Virus record (IMG/VR): IMGVR_UViG_3300036886_000243
Location: 27,509 to 91,508 of that record
Source: a virus
Reading direction: 5' to 3' (one strand)
DNA length: 64,000 nucleotides
Shown: positions 8,434 through 17,336 of the stretch, in pieces
Layout: the number at the start of each line of letters is the position of its first letter
How positions within the stretch are numbered: position 1 is the first letter of the stretch
Position numbers and translations under genes: made by a program
Notes under the pieces: model-generated
Database searches by the model: none
Told to the model about the DNA's origin: nothing
What the model saw: the letters and a program-made list of their open reading frames with translations, nothing else

Positions 8434-9668
8434 TGGCAACATTTACACCCCAAGAAGCTTTTGAAATAGCTTACAATAATAGCGTATCACACTTAATATC
8501 TACTAACGTTCAAGATGCTGTTGACGAACTTAAATCAGACATAAACGGTATAACTCCAGCTGATGCATCTCATGTTCCATATAGTAATGCCGTCTCTCAT
8601 TTACCAGTCACTAACGTTCAGCAAGCAATAGACACACTCCATAGTAATGATGCATTTCAAACAGCGTTACTAGCTAACACTAATGGTGTATTATATGTAA
8701 ATCCAGCAAGAACTGACCCATATCAACCAACTGGTAATATCAACATGCCTTTCAAAAGCATATCTGCTGCTATCAATGCATCATCGTCTGGCTATCTTTT
8801 ATTTTTAGCACCCTTCACTTATTACGAAAATGTATTTTTGCCAGATGGAGTAAGTATAACTGGAACAGAGACTACATTTACAGTAATAACTGGTGATGTT
8901 AGAACTGGTAACTATGTAAGCGCTGTGTCTAATTTAACCGTAAACGGTAGTCTAACTACATTTGGCGATAGCGATCTTGATTCGGTGACAGTAAATGGAA
9001 ATGTTATAGTCAATGGGCGACTGGATACAGAAGAATTAGTAGTAACAGCAGCTATTGGCGCCCCTCTAACTATAAACGCCTCAGCGGGTACTGAAGAAGT
9101 TAATTTACATTTTGCCGTTTTCAATACGGGCGATGCTTCTTCATGTATAATTCAACACGGCGGTTTATTAAGAACTTCATTTGCTTTCTTTAAAAATAAT
9201 AGTCTTACTGCCCCATGTCTCTTGTCCGATAATGGATCTTTTAGAATAATAAGTTCTAATTTCCTCAACGTTGGTGGTGGACTTTCCATAAGTGGCAATA
9301 ATGGATCTACGATAAGTAGCCCTAACGTTTTAGCAGATCAAGTTATACAGGGTAATGCAGTTTTAGGAGATGCTTTTACTTATTTGGAAGCTATACACTT
9401 TGTAGGAGCTTCAACTATAACTGGCTCTCAGATAGTAACAAGACCAGCTACTTTGATAAGTTATAACGTTGCTAACACTGGTATTCCTTTAGTGTATCCT
9501 AATCAAACAGTTCAAGCAGCTATTGATTATACTTATTCTAGTTCGAAGAGCGGCATTACAGATCCAACATACACGCCTGTTAGAGCTCCAGAATACTTCT
9601 TTAATACTGTCAATCATAAGCTTTGGATTTGGGATGGTACAGGTTGGCATTACACAACATTGACATAA
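8433..9668 (+). CDS. beta-helix tail fibre/spike-like protein
   Basis: Paralog of residues 118-526 of 6492..8072. Confidence 0.8.
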   Translation: MATFTPQEAFEIAYNNSVSHLISTNVQDAVDELKSDINGITPADASHVPYSNAVSHLPVTNVQQAIDTLHSNDAFQTALLANTNGVLYVNPARTDPYQPTGNINMPFKSISAAINASSSGYLLFLAPFTYYENVFLPDGVSITGTETTFTVITGDVRTGNYVSAVSNLTVNGSLTTFGDSDLDSVTVNGNVIVNGRLDTEELVVTAAIGAPLTINASAGTEEVNLHFAVFNTGDASSCIIQHGGLLRTSFAFFKNNSLTAPCLLSDNGSFRIISSNFLNVGGGLSISGNNGSTISSPNVLADQVIQGNAVLGDAFTYLEAIHFVGASTITGSQIVTRPATLISYNVANTGIPLVYPNQTVQAAIDYTYSSSKSGITDPTYTPVRAPEYFFNTVNHKLWIWDGTGWHYTTLT

Positions 9669-9673
9669 GATAA
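9667..9673 (+). promoter_or_regulatory. AAGATAA putative late promoter
   Basis: Gene boundary, followed by GGAGG RBS and ATG 9697. Confidence 0.6.
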
Positions 9674-9696
9674 CTATACATTTGGAGGATTTTTAA

Positions 9697-10353
9697 ATGG
9701 CAGAAACTTTAGTTTTTTCTTCTCAGGGTCTTACAGAAGCTTTGCAAGCTGCAGTAGGTACTAGGAATGCATTGACGTATACACTGACAGATATAAGCTT
9801 TATAGCTTTAGACAACTCTATTAATACGGCAGGTGGTAACTTTGTAACAGCTGGTTTTGCAGTAGGACAAATAATAAATGTCACAGGCAGTGTATCTAAC
9901 AACATAATTGGCGGTCTAGTAGAAAGTGTCACAACTCTTAAAATCATAGTAGCTATTGTTACTTTAACTGATGAAAGCGACGCAAACAGTATTTCACTTC
10001 ATACAACTACACCAGCTACGACTTGGATTGCCCATTTAGCGAGCGTAGGTCCAGTAACGCCTGGATTTACTGATACTGTGTCAAGCTATACAGAATCCAC
10101 GGAAACGGGCTATGCCCCAGTTACATTAGCATACACAAACTATGTTTGGACTGTACTTAATCCTAACGCAATTGGTACTTATGCCAACTTCTCTTATACT
10201 TTTACAGTAGCATTTGCAACAGTTACACACGTATTCATTACAGACAACACTGGATTGATCCTAATTGGCGGTTCTAAGTTAACCACACCAAACGTATCAG
10301 GAACTGCTGGTGGAACGATAAATATCGACAGTTTAGCTTTTGCAATTAGTTAA
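9697..10353 (+). CDS. probable virion/tail protein with inserted DISF..DNSI..AGF domain
   Basis: TP..TDT...YTE...GYA..TL motif typical of phage structural proteins; insert shared with 48364..49758. Confidence 0.75.
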   Translation: MAETLVFSSQGLTEALQAAVGTRNALTYTLTDISFIALDNSINTAGGNFVTAGFAVGQIINVTGSVSNNIIGGLVESVTTLKIIVAIVTLTDESDANSISLHTTTPATTWIAHLASVGPVTPGFTDTVSSYTESTETGYAPVTLAYTNYVWTVLNPNAIGTYANFSYTFTVAFATVTHVFITDNTGLILIGGSKLTTPNVSGTAGGTINIDSLAFAIS

Positions 10354-10366
10354 TAGAAGAGGCTAA

Positions 10367-12307
10367 ATGGCCCTAAATACTTTCACAGGTGTAGGTAACT
10401 GGGAGAACGCGTCTAACTGGAGCTTGGGTGTACCAGCTGCCGGGCAATCAATTAAGATAAGCGGTAGTTGTACTATAAATGAATTTGAAACACTAGGCTA
10501 TACAGACCTAACTGTAGATACAGGTGCTTTATTATTATCCTCTAACACAGGTACTACTCTTTTAGAAGTTAATGGCTCTGTAGTTTTAAATGGACAAATT
10601 GGCAAGATAAACGACCAACAACTCCAGTTAGTAATTGCAAATACTTCCAGTGCTACATTAAGTAGCACAAACAACATTCTCAATAACATTTCTCTAACAG
10701 CCGCCGGAACGACATTAAACTTGGCCAGTAATATTGTTGTTGCTAGCTTGGTGTTGATGAATGGGATTTTAGACGTTACTCCCGCTAATTATCAAATTAC
10801 TACATCATATTTTGAAATATATCCAGGTACTTCCTTTAACCCCCAAAATGGTACAATAGTATTTGTAGGCAACGCTAGTCTAATAGTTAGTACTTCTTCA
10901 AATTTATCGTTTTGGAATTTGACCGTAGCTCCGCTGAGTAATCTAACAATATATGGTGATGATACGCCGCTAATAGGCAATACGCTAAATCACGCTGAAG
11001 AAATTATTTATAAAAGTGTTTTCGCAAGTTGGGCCAATCAGATTTGGTATCAGAATTTCAATCGCGCTCATTTAACTCTTACTTCAAATTTTTTAGATAG
11101 AAGAACATATGACAATACTTTTACAACGCAATTAATTATAGATAGCTCTTTCATTAACAGCAACATACAAATAGATGGCAACAACATATTTAGCCGATCT
11201 GACCACGCTTTAACAGGCTCGTTTGCCAATACATTTACAACAGATAGTACCGACACGTTTAATAGAACAAACCTGATAATAACTGAGTCTTATTTAGATT
11301 TAGTAGACAAGAGAACATATACAAATACTTTCAATACGACTAGCCTTAATATTGCAACTTCTTACAACGAGAGCGGTACAACTGATAATACAAATAATTT
11401 CGACGCAGCTAATCTTAGTATAGCTGCATCATTTACAGACAGCAACACGACCAACAGCGTAGATGTTATCAATGGTAATAGTTTCATAGCTGTATCATTT
11501 ACAGACAGCAACACGACCAGCAGCATGGACGTTATTAACGCGTCTTTAGTGGCTAGTGCGTCTTTTGTCAATTCTTATACAGTCGTTTATACCAACATAT
11601 TTAATACAGCGCAAGGTGTATTAACTGGATCTTATTTGGATCGAAGAACATACACTAATAGTTTTGATACCGCATTACTTTCCCTAGCTGGATCTTTTGT
11701 CAATAGCAACATAACAAGGAGCAACAATAATTTCTTGGCTAGTTCAAACTTAGTAGCGATTGATTCGTTTGCTGTAGTCAACATAACAAGTTCAGCCGAC
11801 ATATTTAACAGAGCTAATTTGATTGTGACTGACTCTTTTACAAATAACAACTCTAGAACATACACTAATACTTTCAATCATACTAATTTAGTTGTAGCGT
11901 CTAACACTTTCCATATTGATGAGCCTGTGAGAAACTATACTAATACCTTCAATCCTGCCACTTTAACAATTACAGGAACTCTTTTAGACATTTATCATAG
12001 AGTTAGTGTATATGTTTTCATAAGTGGTAGTTTCACAGATAGCAACGCAACTAACAACATAGACGCATTCAATACAACTGATTTAGTAATTGGTAGTTCT
12101 TTCGTAAAAGTATATACTTCTAATCCGACGTCTTCAACTAATACTAATACCTTTAACGCAGTGGATCTAACAATGACTGGTGTATTCACAAATGGCACCA
12201 AGATAAACTGGACTGATACTTTTGACCCATCCAATACTGTAGTTAGTAGTTCGTTTGTTAACAGCTACTCAACAGATTGGTTAGACGACTTTGACAGCTT
12301 ATCATGA
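10367..12307 (+). CDS. Thr/Asn/Ser-rich beta-repeat structural protein
   Basis: N-terminal GNWENASNWSLGVP cap; ~21-aa repeats (RTYTNTFN..L....SF). Confidence 0.8.
   Translation: MALNTFTGVGNWENASNWSLGVPAAGQSIKISGSCTINEFETLGYTDLTVDTGALLLSSNTGTTLLEVNGSVVLNGQIGKINDQQLQLVIANTSSATLSSTNNILNNISLTAAGTTLNLASNIVVASLVLMNGILDVTPANYQITTSYFEIYPGTSFNPQNGTIVFVGNASLIVSTSSNLSFWNLTVAPLSNLTIYGDDTPLIGNTLNHAEEIIYKSVFASWANQIWYQNFNRAHLTLTSNFLDRRTYDNTFTTQLIIDSSFINSNIQIDGNNIFSRSDHALTGSFANTFTTDSTDTFNRTNLIITESYLDLVDKRTYTNTFNTTSLNIATSYNESGTTDNTNNFDAANLSIAASFTDSNTTNSVDVINGNSFIAVSFTDSNTTSSMDVINASLVASASFVNSYTVVYTNIFNTAQGVLTGSYLDRRTYTNSFDTALLSLAGSFVNSNITRSNNNFLASSNLVAIDSFAVVNITSSADIFNRANLIVTDSFTNNNSRTYTNTFNHTNLVVASNTFHIDEPVRNYTNTFNPATLTITGTLLDIYHRVSVYVFISGSFTDSNATNNIDAFNTTDLVIGSSFVKVYTSNPTSSTNTNTFNAVDLTMTGVFTNGTKINWTDTFDPSNTVVSSSFVNSYSTDWLDDFDSLS
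11050..12290 (+). repeat. degenerate ~63-nt coding repeat array
   Basis: catttacagacagcaacacgacca at ~11430 and ~11496; repeated RTYTN and SF(T/V)(D/N)SN. Confidence 0.75.
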
Positions 12308-12660
12308 AATTAAGTAGAGTTCTTAAAGAAGCATTAGAACAAGAAATTCGAAAAGGCCATATTGCATTAGCGCCCTTTCCATATTCAGACAGAGATGAAT
12401 CTAAAGTTCGACCCTGTTTAGTGTTAGCCAAGAAAGGTGATGATATTCTGTGTGCTTATATGAGCAGTAAGCTGGAGCGCGAAGGTGTTCTAATAAAGTC
12501 GGTAGATTTGAGCTGGAGTGAATTGAAAGATCCAACTGCATTGATTCGACCAGACAAACTTGCTACTATAGACGTAAAACGAATAGAAAAAATAGTAGGC
12601 CACCTAATAGAGCCTAAACGAAAAGAAGTGGTCAACCGCATAAACAATCTAATACAATGA
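12304..12660 (+). CDS. mazF: MazF/PemK-family endoribonuclease with extra N-terminal MKLSRVLKEALEQE peptide; no adjacent antitoxin
   Basis: GHIALAPFPYSD...KVRPCLVL...MSS...IRPDKLATID signature. Confidence 0.85.
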   Translation: MKLSRVLKEALEQEIRKGHIALAPFPYSDRDESKVRPCLVLAKKGDDILCAYMSSKLEREGVLIKSVDLSWSELKDPTALIRPDKLATIDVKRIEKIVGHLIEPKRKEVVNRINNLIQ

Positions 12661-12998
12661 AAGAGCCTGAAAAAATACTTGGTGGACTTTATTTGAGTAC
12701 GTGGTTTAACACGGAAGGGCTCTTCGTCTGTGTGAAAATAAATCAATACAAAGGAATAGCTAGTGTTAGCTTTCAATACACGAAAACAAAAAAACCTGAT
12801 TCTGTGGGCGGCTTCAAGCCAATCTGGCCACAAAGTTTAACAGACCATTTTAAAGCTATGAAATGGGCTCCGTCTTACCTTCCATCCGTTGGTATAGAGT
12901 GGGTCGATGTAGAGTTGGCCACTCCATCAAGCGCTAAAGATATCATAAACAAAATTGATAAGAGAAATTTTATCATAGACCTTTTCAAATATGAATGA
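12657..12998 (+). CDS. C-terminal helix family protein (KRNFIIDLF)
   Basis: ATGA-coupled to mazF. Confidence 0.7.
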   Translation: MKEPEKILGGLYLSTWFNTEGLFVCVKINQYKGIASVSFQYTKTKKPDSVGGFKPIWPQSLTDHFKAMKWAPSYLPSVGIEWVDVELATPSSAKDIINKIDKRNFIIDLFKYE

Positions 12999-13008
12999 AA
13001 TAATAGGC

Positions 13009-13042
13009 AAGCCCACTAATCTTTAGATTGAGGATAGTTCAC
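13009..13042 (+). mobile_element. orphan IS200/IS605-family right-end remnant
   Basis: AAGCCCACTAATCTTTAGATTGAGGATAGTTCAC matches the AAGCCC..CTTTAG..GGGTAGTTCAC end pattern seen after tnpB genes; no tnpA/tnpB nearby. Confidence 0.6.
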
Positions 13043-13050
13043 TACTAGCC

Positions 13051-13068
13051 TCGACAGTTCTATATACT
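13051..13068 (+). promoter_or_regulatory. TCGACA-N6-TATACT promoter motif
   Basis: 7 nt before ATG 13076, no SD. Confidence 0.6.
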
Positions 13069-13075
13069 ATATTAA

Positions 13076-13573
13076 ATGGGCGATTCAAAACGCTTTGATT
13101 TATTTGCAGAGTATATTGCTCGCAACTTTCCTGTTTCAAAATATAAGCGTGTAGCTGATATTGCTGGTGGCCAAGGTTACCTACAGCAAGCTCTCCGTAA
13201 GTTAAGCTATGATGTCACTACGTTTGATAAGCGCCATAAACATGTTAAGAGCAACAAGATTCAATACAAGTTCAAGTATTTCGACTCTAGTATAAAGGAC
13301 GACTATGATCTCTTAGTGGGAATGCATCCAGACGAAGCGACTGACATTATCATAGCTGAAGCTATTAAAAGGAACATTCCCTTTGTAGTTGTCCCTTGCT
13401 GCATTAAACCAACTGTCACGACATTCAAAGGTCAACAGGACTACAAAGCATGGGTCAATCATCTCAAGTTTTTTGCTATGCGACAAGGATATCACGTAGA
13501 GGAATACCAACTGAAAATGGCCGGAAAAAATATTCTTCTAAAAGGTTCGCCTAAATCTGCTTCACGGCGCTGA
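13076..13573 (+). CDS. class I SAM-dependent methyltransferase-like protein
   Basis: VADIAGGQGYL motif I; VGMHPDEATD and PFVVVPCC motifs. Confidence 0.7.
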   Translation: MGDSKRFDLFAEYIARNFPVSKYKRVADIAGGQGYLQQALRKLSYDVTTFDKRHKHVKSNKIQYKFKYFDSSIKDDYDLLVGMHPDEATDIIIAEAIKRNIPFVVVPCCIKPTVTTFKGQQDYKAWVNHLKFFAMRQGYHVEEYQLKMAGKNILLKGSPKSASRR

Positions 13574-13579
13574 GAAGTT

Positions 13580-13597
13580 TCGAACGCGGCATATATT
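13580..13597 (+). promoter_or_regulatory. TCGAAC-N6-TATATT variant promoter motif
   Basis: Same geometry as the TCGACA motif; upstream of AGGAGG RBS. Confidence 0.45.
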
Positions 13598-13636
13598 AAG
13601 GCAAAGAGATTCACCATCAACCAATAGGAGGTAAAG

Positions 13637-14068
13637 ATGGACGACACCAAGAAGAAGACGACTCCGGCTCCGGTTGCAGAGCAGACCGATTCAACTCCGG
13701 CTGCGGCCTCCGCCGCCCCTGTAGTCGCCGCCCCCAAGAAGGCATCCCCCGCAAAGAAGCCAGTCGGCACCAAGCCCACCCAGGGCACGAAGGGCACCAA
13801 GCCCACGAAGTCGACCGGTGACAAGCCGAAGGCCCCGAAGGCTCCCAAGGCCCCCGTGGCCCCGAAGACTCCCCGGGTGAAGAAGTCCGCCGAGGACAAG
13901 AGACTCGCTCGCCGGGCCAGGGCCAAGAACCGACGGGTCAAGGCGAAGGCTGCCAAGCTCCACATTTCCGAAGCCGAAGTCCTGAAGCGCATGGCCGAAC
14001 GGAAGACCAATGCCGCGGCACGGAAGGCCGAGAAGGCCACCAAGATGGCCGCCAAGAAATCGGCCTAG
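13637..14068 (+). CDS. Lys/Ala/Pro-rich histone H1-like basic protein
   Basis: PKAPKAPKAP, AKKP repeats; strong AGGAGG RBS; high-GC codon usage. Confidence 0.7.
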   Translation: MDDTKKKTTPAPVAEQTDSTPAAASAAPVVAAPKKASPAKKPVGTKPTQGTKGTKPTKSTGDKPKAPKAPKAPVAPKTPRVKKSAEDKRLARRARAKNRRVKAKAAKLHISEAEVLKRMAERKTNAAARKAEKATKMAAKKSA

Positions 14069-14084
14069 CTCCATCATCCTGATC

Positions 14085-14118
14085 ACTGAGGCTGCCTGGG
14101 TATTTCGGCAGCCTCAGT
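14085..14118 (+). other. perfect 12-bp GC-rich hairpin, no U-tract
   Basis: ACTGAGGCTGCC / GGCAGCCTCAGT. Confidence 0.7.
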
Positions 14119-14136
14119 CGCGTGTAAAGGGAAATA

Positions 14137-14316
14137 ATGGCTACCAAGGAAGAAGTCTTGGCAATGCTCAAGTGGAAACCAAATCCTGAGTACGTTTGCT
14201 TAGACTGTGGTAATACTTCTGATTTTCAAGCAATTCAGGCTGACTACGATCTTCAGCTAGAATGTCTAACTTGTGGGAGTAAGAGAGTAACGGAAAAACA
14301 ACAGCTTCGACAGTGA
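14137..14316 (+). CDS. zinc-ribbon protein (59 aa)
   Basis: Not in track; YVCLDCGN...LECLTCGS. Confidence 0.7.
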   Translation: MATKEEVLAMLKWKPNPEYVCLDCGNTSDFQAIQADYDLQLECLTCGSKRVTEKQQLRQ

Positions 14317-14324
14317 TATATTAT
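14307..14324 (+). promoter_or_regulatory. TCGACA-N6-TATTAT promoter motif
   Basis: Upstream of AGGAGG RBS and ATG 14347. Confidence 0.65.
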
Positions 14325-14346
14325 AAAGCATCAGGAGGAACCTGCA

Positions 14347-14922
14347 ATGGCTTTCGGTAGAAGAAGTCGGATAACTGGGGATGAGGCGGTAGTCGCCCAG
14401 TCCACCAGCAGCAAGCTTGGCGAGGAAATGCAGTGGTTCTATGATCAGGTCAGGACCTTCCGAGGCAAGGTGACCGATGAAGCTATTGCAAAGGTTGAGG
14501 CGGAAATCGAGGAAAGGCACATTTGCCACCTGGTCGATATCTGTACTCTCTTCGGCTGGGCAAAGGGAACTCACACAGAGCTTCGCAATAAACTGTCTCA
14601 CCTGTCCTATGTAATACTCATGAACAATAACGGCCAGGCAGATACAGCAACTATCCTCTTCTCCGCTATGAAGAGGGGTCTCAAGGATGACTACAAAGAC
14701 CCAGTTGACTTGGTCCTATCCAAGAAAGAGAGCCGGAAGGCCAGGAAGCTCAGGAAGTCCCTCGAGAAAAACGACATTGACCTTGCCAAGAAACTCAGAC
14801 TGCCCAAGACTGACGACGCCAAGGCGGCTTCTAGGAAGAAGAGGCAGGAAATTCGGAAGGCTGCTAAGGCTGCTGGACTTTCTACAGCCGACTACAAAGC
14901 GAAGATAGAGAAGGCAAGCTAA
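14347..14922 (+). CDS. hypothetical protein with basic C-terminus
   Basis: Strong RBS, GC-rich codons. Confidence 0.8.
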   Translation: MAFGRRSRITGDEAVVAQSTSSKLGEEMQWFYDQVRTFRGKVTDEAIAKVEAEIEERHICHLVDICTLFGWAKGTHTELRNKLSHLSYVILMNNNGQADTATILFSAMKRGLKDDYKDPVDLVLSKKESRKARKLRKSLEKNDIDLAKKLRLPKTDDAKAASRKKRQEIRKAAKAAGLSTADYKAKIEKAS

Positions 14923-14924
14923 AA

Positions 14925-15161
14925 ATGATCTGGTTCATTCTAACCATATTTCTCACCTGGTGGCTGATCGGATTCACCGGAATTGCTTTTTGGTGGATGG
15001 GAGAATTCGGCGACCTCGAAGGATATGTCAACATGTCAATCGCGTTCGGATTGATAACTGGCATATTCTCTTGGCTCATTGGTATTTTCATTCACGAGCC
15101 GTGGAACTGGTATCATCCGTGGAGGTATGATCACCGTAAGCCGTTCTGGATAAATGACTGA
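14925..15161 (+). CDS. small 2-TM membrane protein
   Basis: Two hydrophobic segments. Confidence 0.65.
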   Translation: MIWFILTIFLTWWLIGFTGIAFWWMGEFGDLEGYVNMSIAFGLITGIFSWLIGIFIHEPWNWYHPWRYDHRKPFWIND

Positions 15162-15229
15162 ATACATTTACGGTGAAGCTCTGCCTACTTCAAGCCAAAG
15201 CTAGACTTCTACGAAAAAGGAATGAGTCA

Positions 15230-15940
15230 ATGATCGAACGAACCATTGAATATATCCAAGACGACGAGAAGGCAACACTTCATATCATCGAGCGGCTCGC
15301 CGAATACTACGACGACGACAAAAAACATCTGAAAGAAATCAGTCTCATAGTAGACAATCAATTCAGTGGCGATCATAGAGGCTATTGGCCAAACGGCTCT
15401 ATCAAGTTCCGGCATCATTACACTCACGGCGTCTTTCATGGGGCCTACTATGAATACGACGAGAACGGCAAAATCATTACACGACTTTTCTATTGTAATG
15501 GCGAACTGTCTAATTCGCCGAATGCAAACAAGCCTATCACAATCAAAACTATCAACCAGTATGGCCTTCAGGAAATGTTGGAATGGCTCAAGCACGCCAA
15601 GAAGCCATTCGACTATTTGCCTGGAGGTTTCAAGGTTCACACCAACTCCAATCGGCTAAAGCTTTTCCGCCAAACTCAAACATGCGTAGCCTGTGGAATC
15701 AGAGGTGATCACTTCCAACTCAATTGGACAAAGAACGACGTCATTCCTCACTTGAATATGTACGCTACCAAAAACGGAGCCTCTATTCTGATGACAAGAG
15801 ATCATATCGAACCGAAGTCATTAGGTGGCGGTAACGGTTTGGCTAACTCTCAAGTCATGTGCTGCCATTGTAATAGTAAGAAGGGGAACAAAAGAGATCA
15901 CGAGCTAGCTCAGGGTTTTTGGAAAGTAAAAGCAAGTTAA
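15230..15940 (+). CDS. MORN-variant repeat fused to HNH endonuclease
   Basis: GYWPNGSIK...HGAYYEYDENGK; CVACG...TRDHIEPKSLGGGN...CCHCNSKKG. Confidence 0.75.
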   Translation: MIERTIEYIQDDEKATLHIIERLAEYYDDDKKHLKEISLIVDNQFSGDHRGYWPNGSIKFRHHYTHGVFHGAYYEYDENGKIITRLFYCNGELSNSPNANKPITIKTINQYGLQEMLEWLKHAKKPFDYLPGGFKVHTNSNRLKLFRQTQTCVACGIRGDHFQLNWTKNDVIPHLNMYATKNGASILMTRDHIEPKSLGGGNGLANSQVMCCHCNSKKGNKRDHELAQGFWKVKAS

Positions 15941-15978
15941 TAATAAATGAGACATAAAAAAATGTCAAGGAGAATTTC

Positions 15979-16968
15979 ATGAGTTTGGGTTTTACAATTG
16001 CAATTGTTCTTTGGTTTCTTGCCTTTGGTTTTATAGGCTATCTAATCGGTAATTCAAAAAAGCAACCGATCCTTGGTCTTGTGTTGGGTTTTCTTTTGGG
16101 GCCGATTGGGATTGCTATCATTCTGCTTCTTAAATCAAAAGCGGCGCCTACTACAAGCGGAGGCAAGGCTACGCTTGAATTTACTCATAACGTTTCACCA
16201 ACAAGTATCAAGACAGCAGCAAGAACGCTAGCAGCACCAGCGAAAGTAGCTGCCGAATCTGTTGCTGTAATAGATCCGAATAGCGGAATGAATATTGTCA
16301 ATAATGATTTTCAAGCTGCGTATGATGCTCTGGATCAATATATGACAACAAATCAAACGGCCACTGTCGAATATCTTACGCCCTCAGAGTTTACAATCAA
16401 GACCTATGGAATAGACTTCTATGGCTCAGCTGGTAATAGCATTTTATTTGGAAATACTGATCAATCAATTGATTTTATTGATGCCCCAACATCTATTACA
16501 TCAGATATAAAATCCGACACTTATATTTGCTTTGAATTTGATTTAACCCAAGGAGGAGAAATTAAATTTGGTGGAAGTAACATTGTCACTACTTTTAAAG
16601 ACCTCCTTTCAAATTTCATAAATAGCGATTTGTTTGCTGTTATTGGTTACACTTCATGGCCGACAGATGATCCATATCTTGTACCAGATAATATCACAAC
16701 TTTCGCTTGGGCAAGCGATACGACACCACTTAGCTATCATAGACCAAGCGATCCGAATGGACATCTACCATTACTTCTTGGTAACAACAATAGTTTCCCA
16801 CTTCCAATTGATGCTGTAGCAAACAACTATACACTGACACTTAATTGGGATCTCGCCAATATCATTGCGCACTATAACATTAACGCAAAGGATTATTATA
16901 TTTTGAACAAAGATTTCATGGATAGGATGACTGTCACAGTTTTAGCAACTGCGATAGCGGCACAATGA
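15979..16968 (+). CDS. membrane-anchored (2-TM N-terminus) exported-type protein
   Basis: GYLIGNSK...LGFLLGPIGIAIILLL then beta-rich body; AAGGAG RBS. Confidence 0.75.
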   Translation: MSLGFTIAIVLWFLAFGFIGYLIGNSKKQPILGLVLGFLLGPIGIAIILLLKSKAAPTTSGGKATLEFTHNVSPTSIKTAARTLAAPAKVAAESVAVIDPNSGMNIVNNDFQAAYDALDQYMTTNQTATVEYLTPSEFTIKTYGIDFYGSAGNSILFGNTDQSIDFIDAPTSITSDIKSDTYICFEFDLTQGGEIKFGGSNIVTTFKDLLSNFINSDLFAVIGYTSWPTDDPYLVPDNITTFAWASDTTPLSYHRPSDPNGHLPLLLGNNNSFPLPIDAVANNYTLTLNWDLANIIAHYNINAKDYYILNKDFMDRMTVTVLATAIAAQ

Positions 16969-17336
16969 GTAAAAAAGAACCAAAAGACCCAGTGAAATGG
17001 AATGGCTTCAATTACATGGAGCTGAAAGATTATGTGGGGCCGGAAGTCCGGCTCCATCCTTTTCTTTACGGAGATAAAATAGATCTTGACAAAGTAGTCA
17101 TTGAAGGTTTCATCGTCGAGCTTCACAACATAATTACAAAGACTGTTACACAGGATAATGGAGAGGCTATCTCTCCACCAACTGAATTGGAACTTAAAAA
17201 AGTCACAGTCTCGAAAAAGAAGGGTGTGAACCGAAGAGTAGAAATTGAATTTGCTCTTCCCGTTCAATCATACAAGCAGCATACGGTAGAAGAAGAGGCT
17301 TTAGATGACGACGACGGCGACCCATGCTCGATATAA
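16965..17336 (+). CDS. hypothetical protein
   Basis: ATGA-coupled ORF. Confidence 0.65.
   Translation: MSKKEPKDPVKWNGFNYMELKDYVGPEVRLHPFLYGDKIDLDKVVIEGFIVELHNIITKTVTQDNGEAISPPTELELKKVTVSKKKGVNRRVEIEFALPVQSYKQHTVEEEALDDDDGDPCSI

Noticed and set aside
6492-9668. Diversity-generating retroelement TR/VR pair in the duplicated tail genes
   Set aside because: Differences are not adenine-specific, both copies are full coding paralogs, and no reverse transcriptase is present
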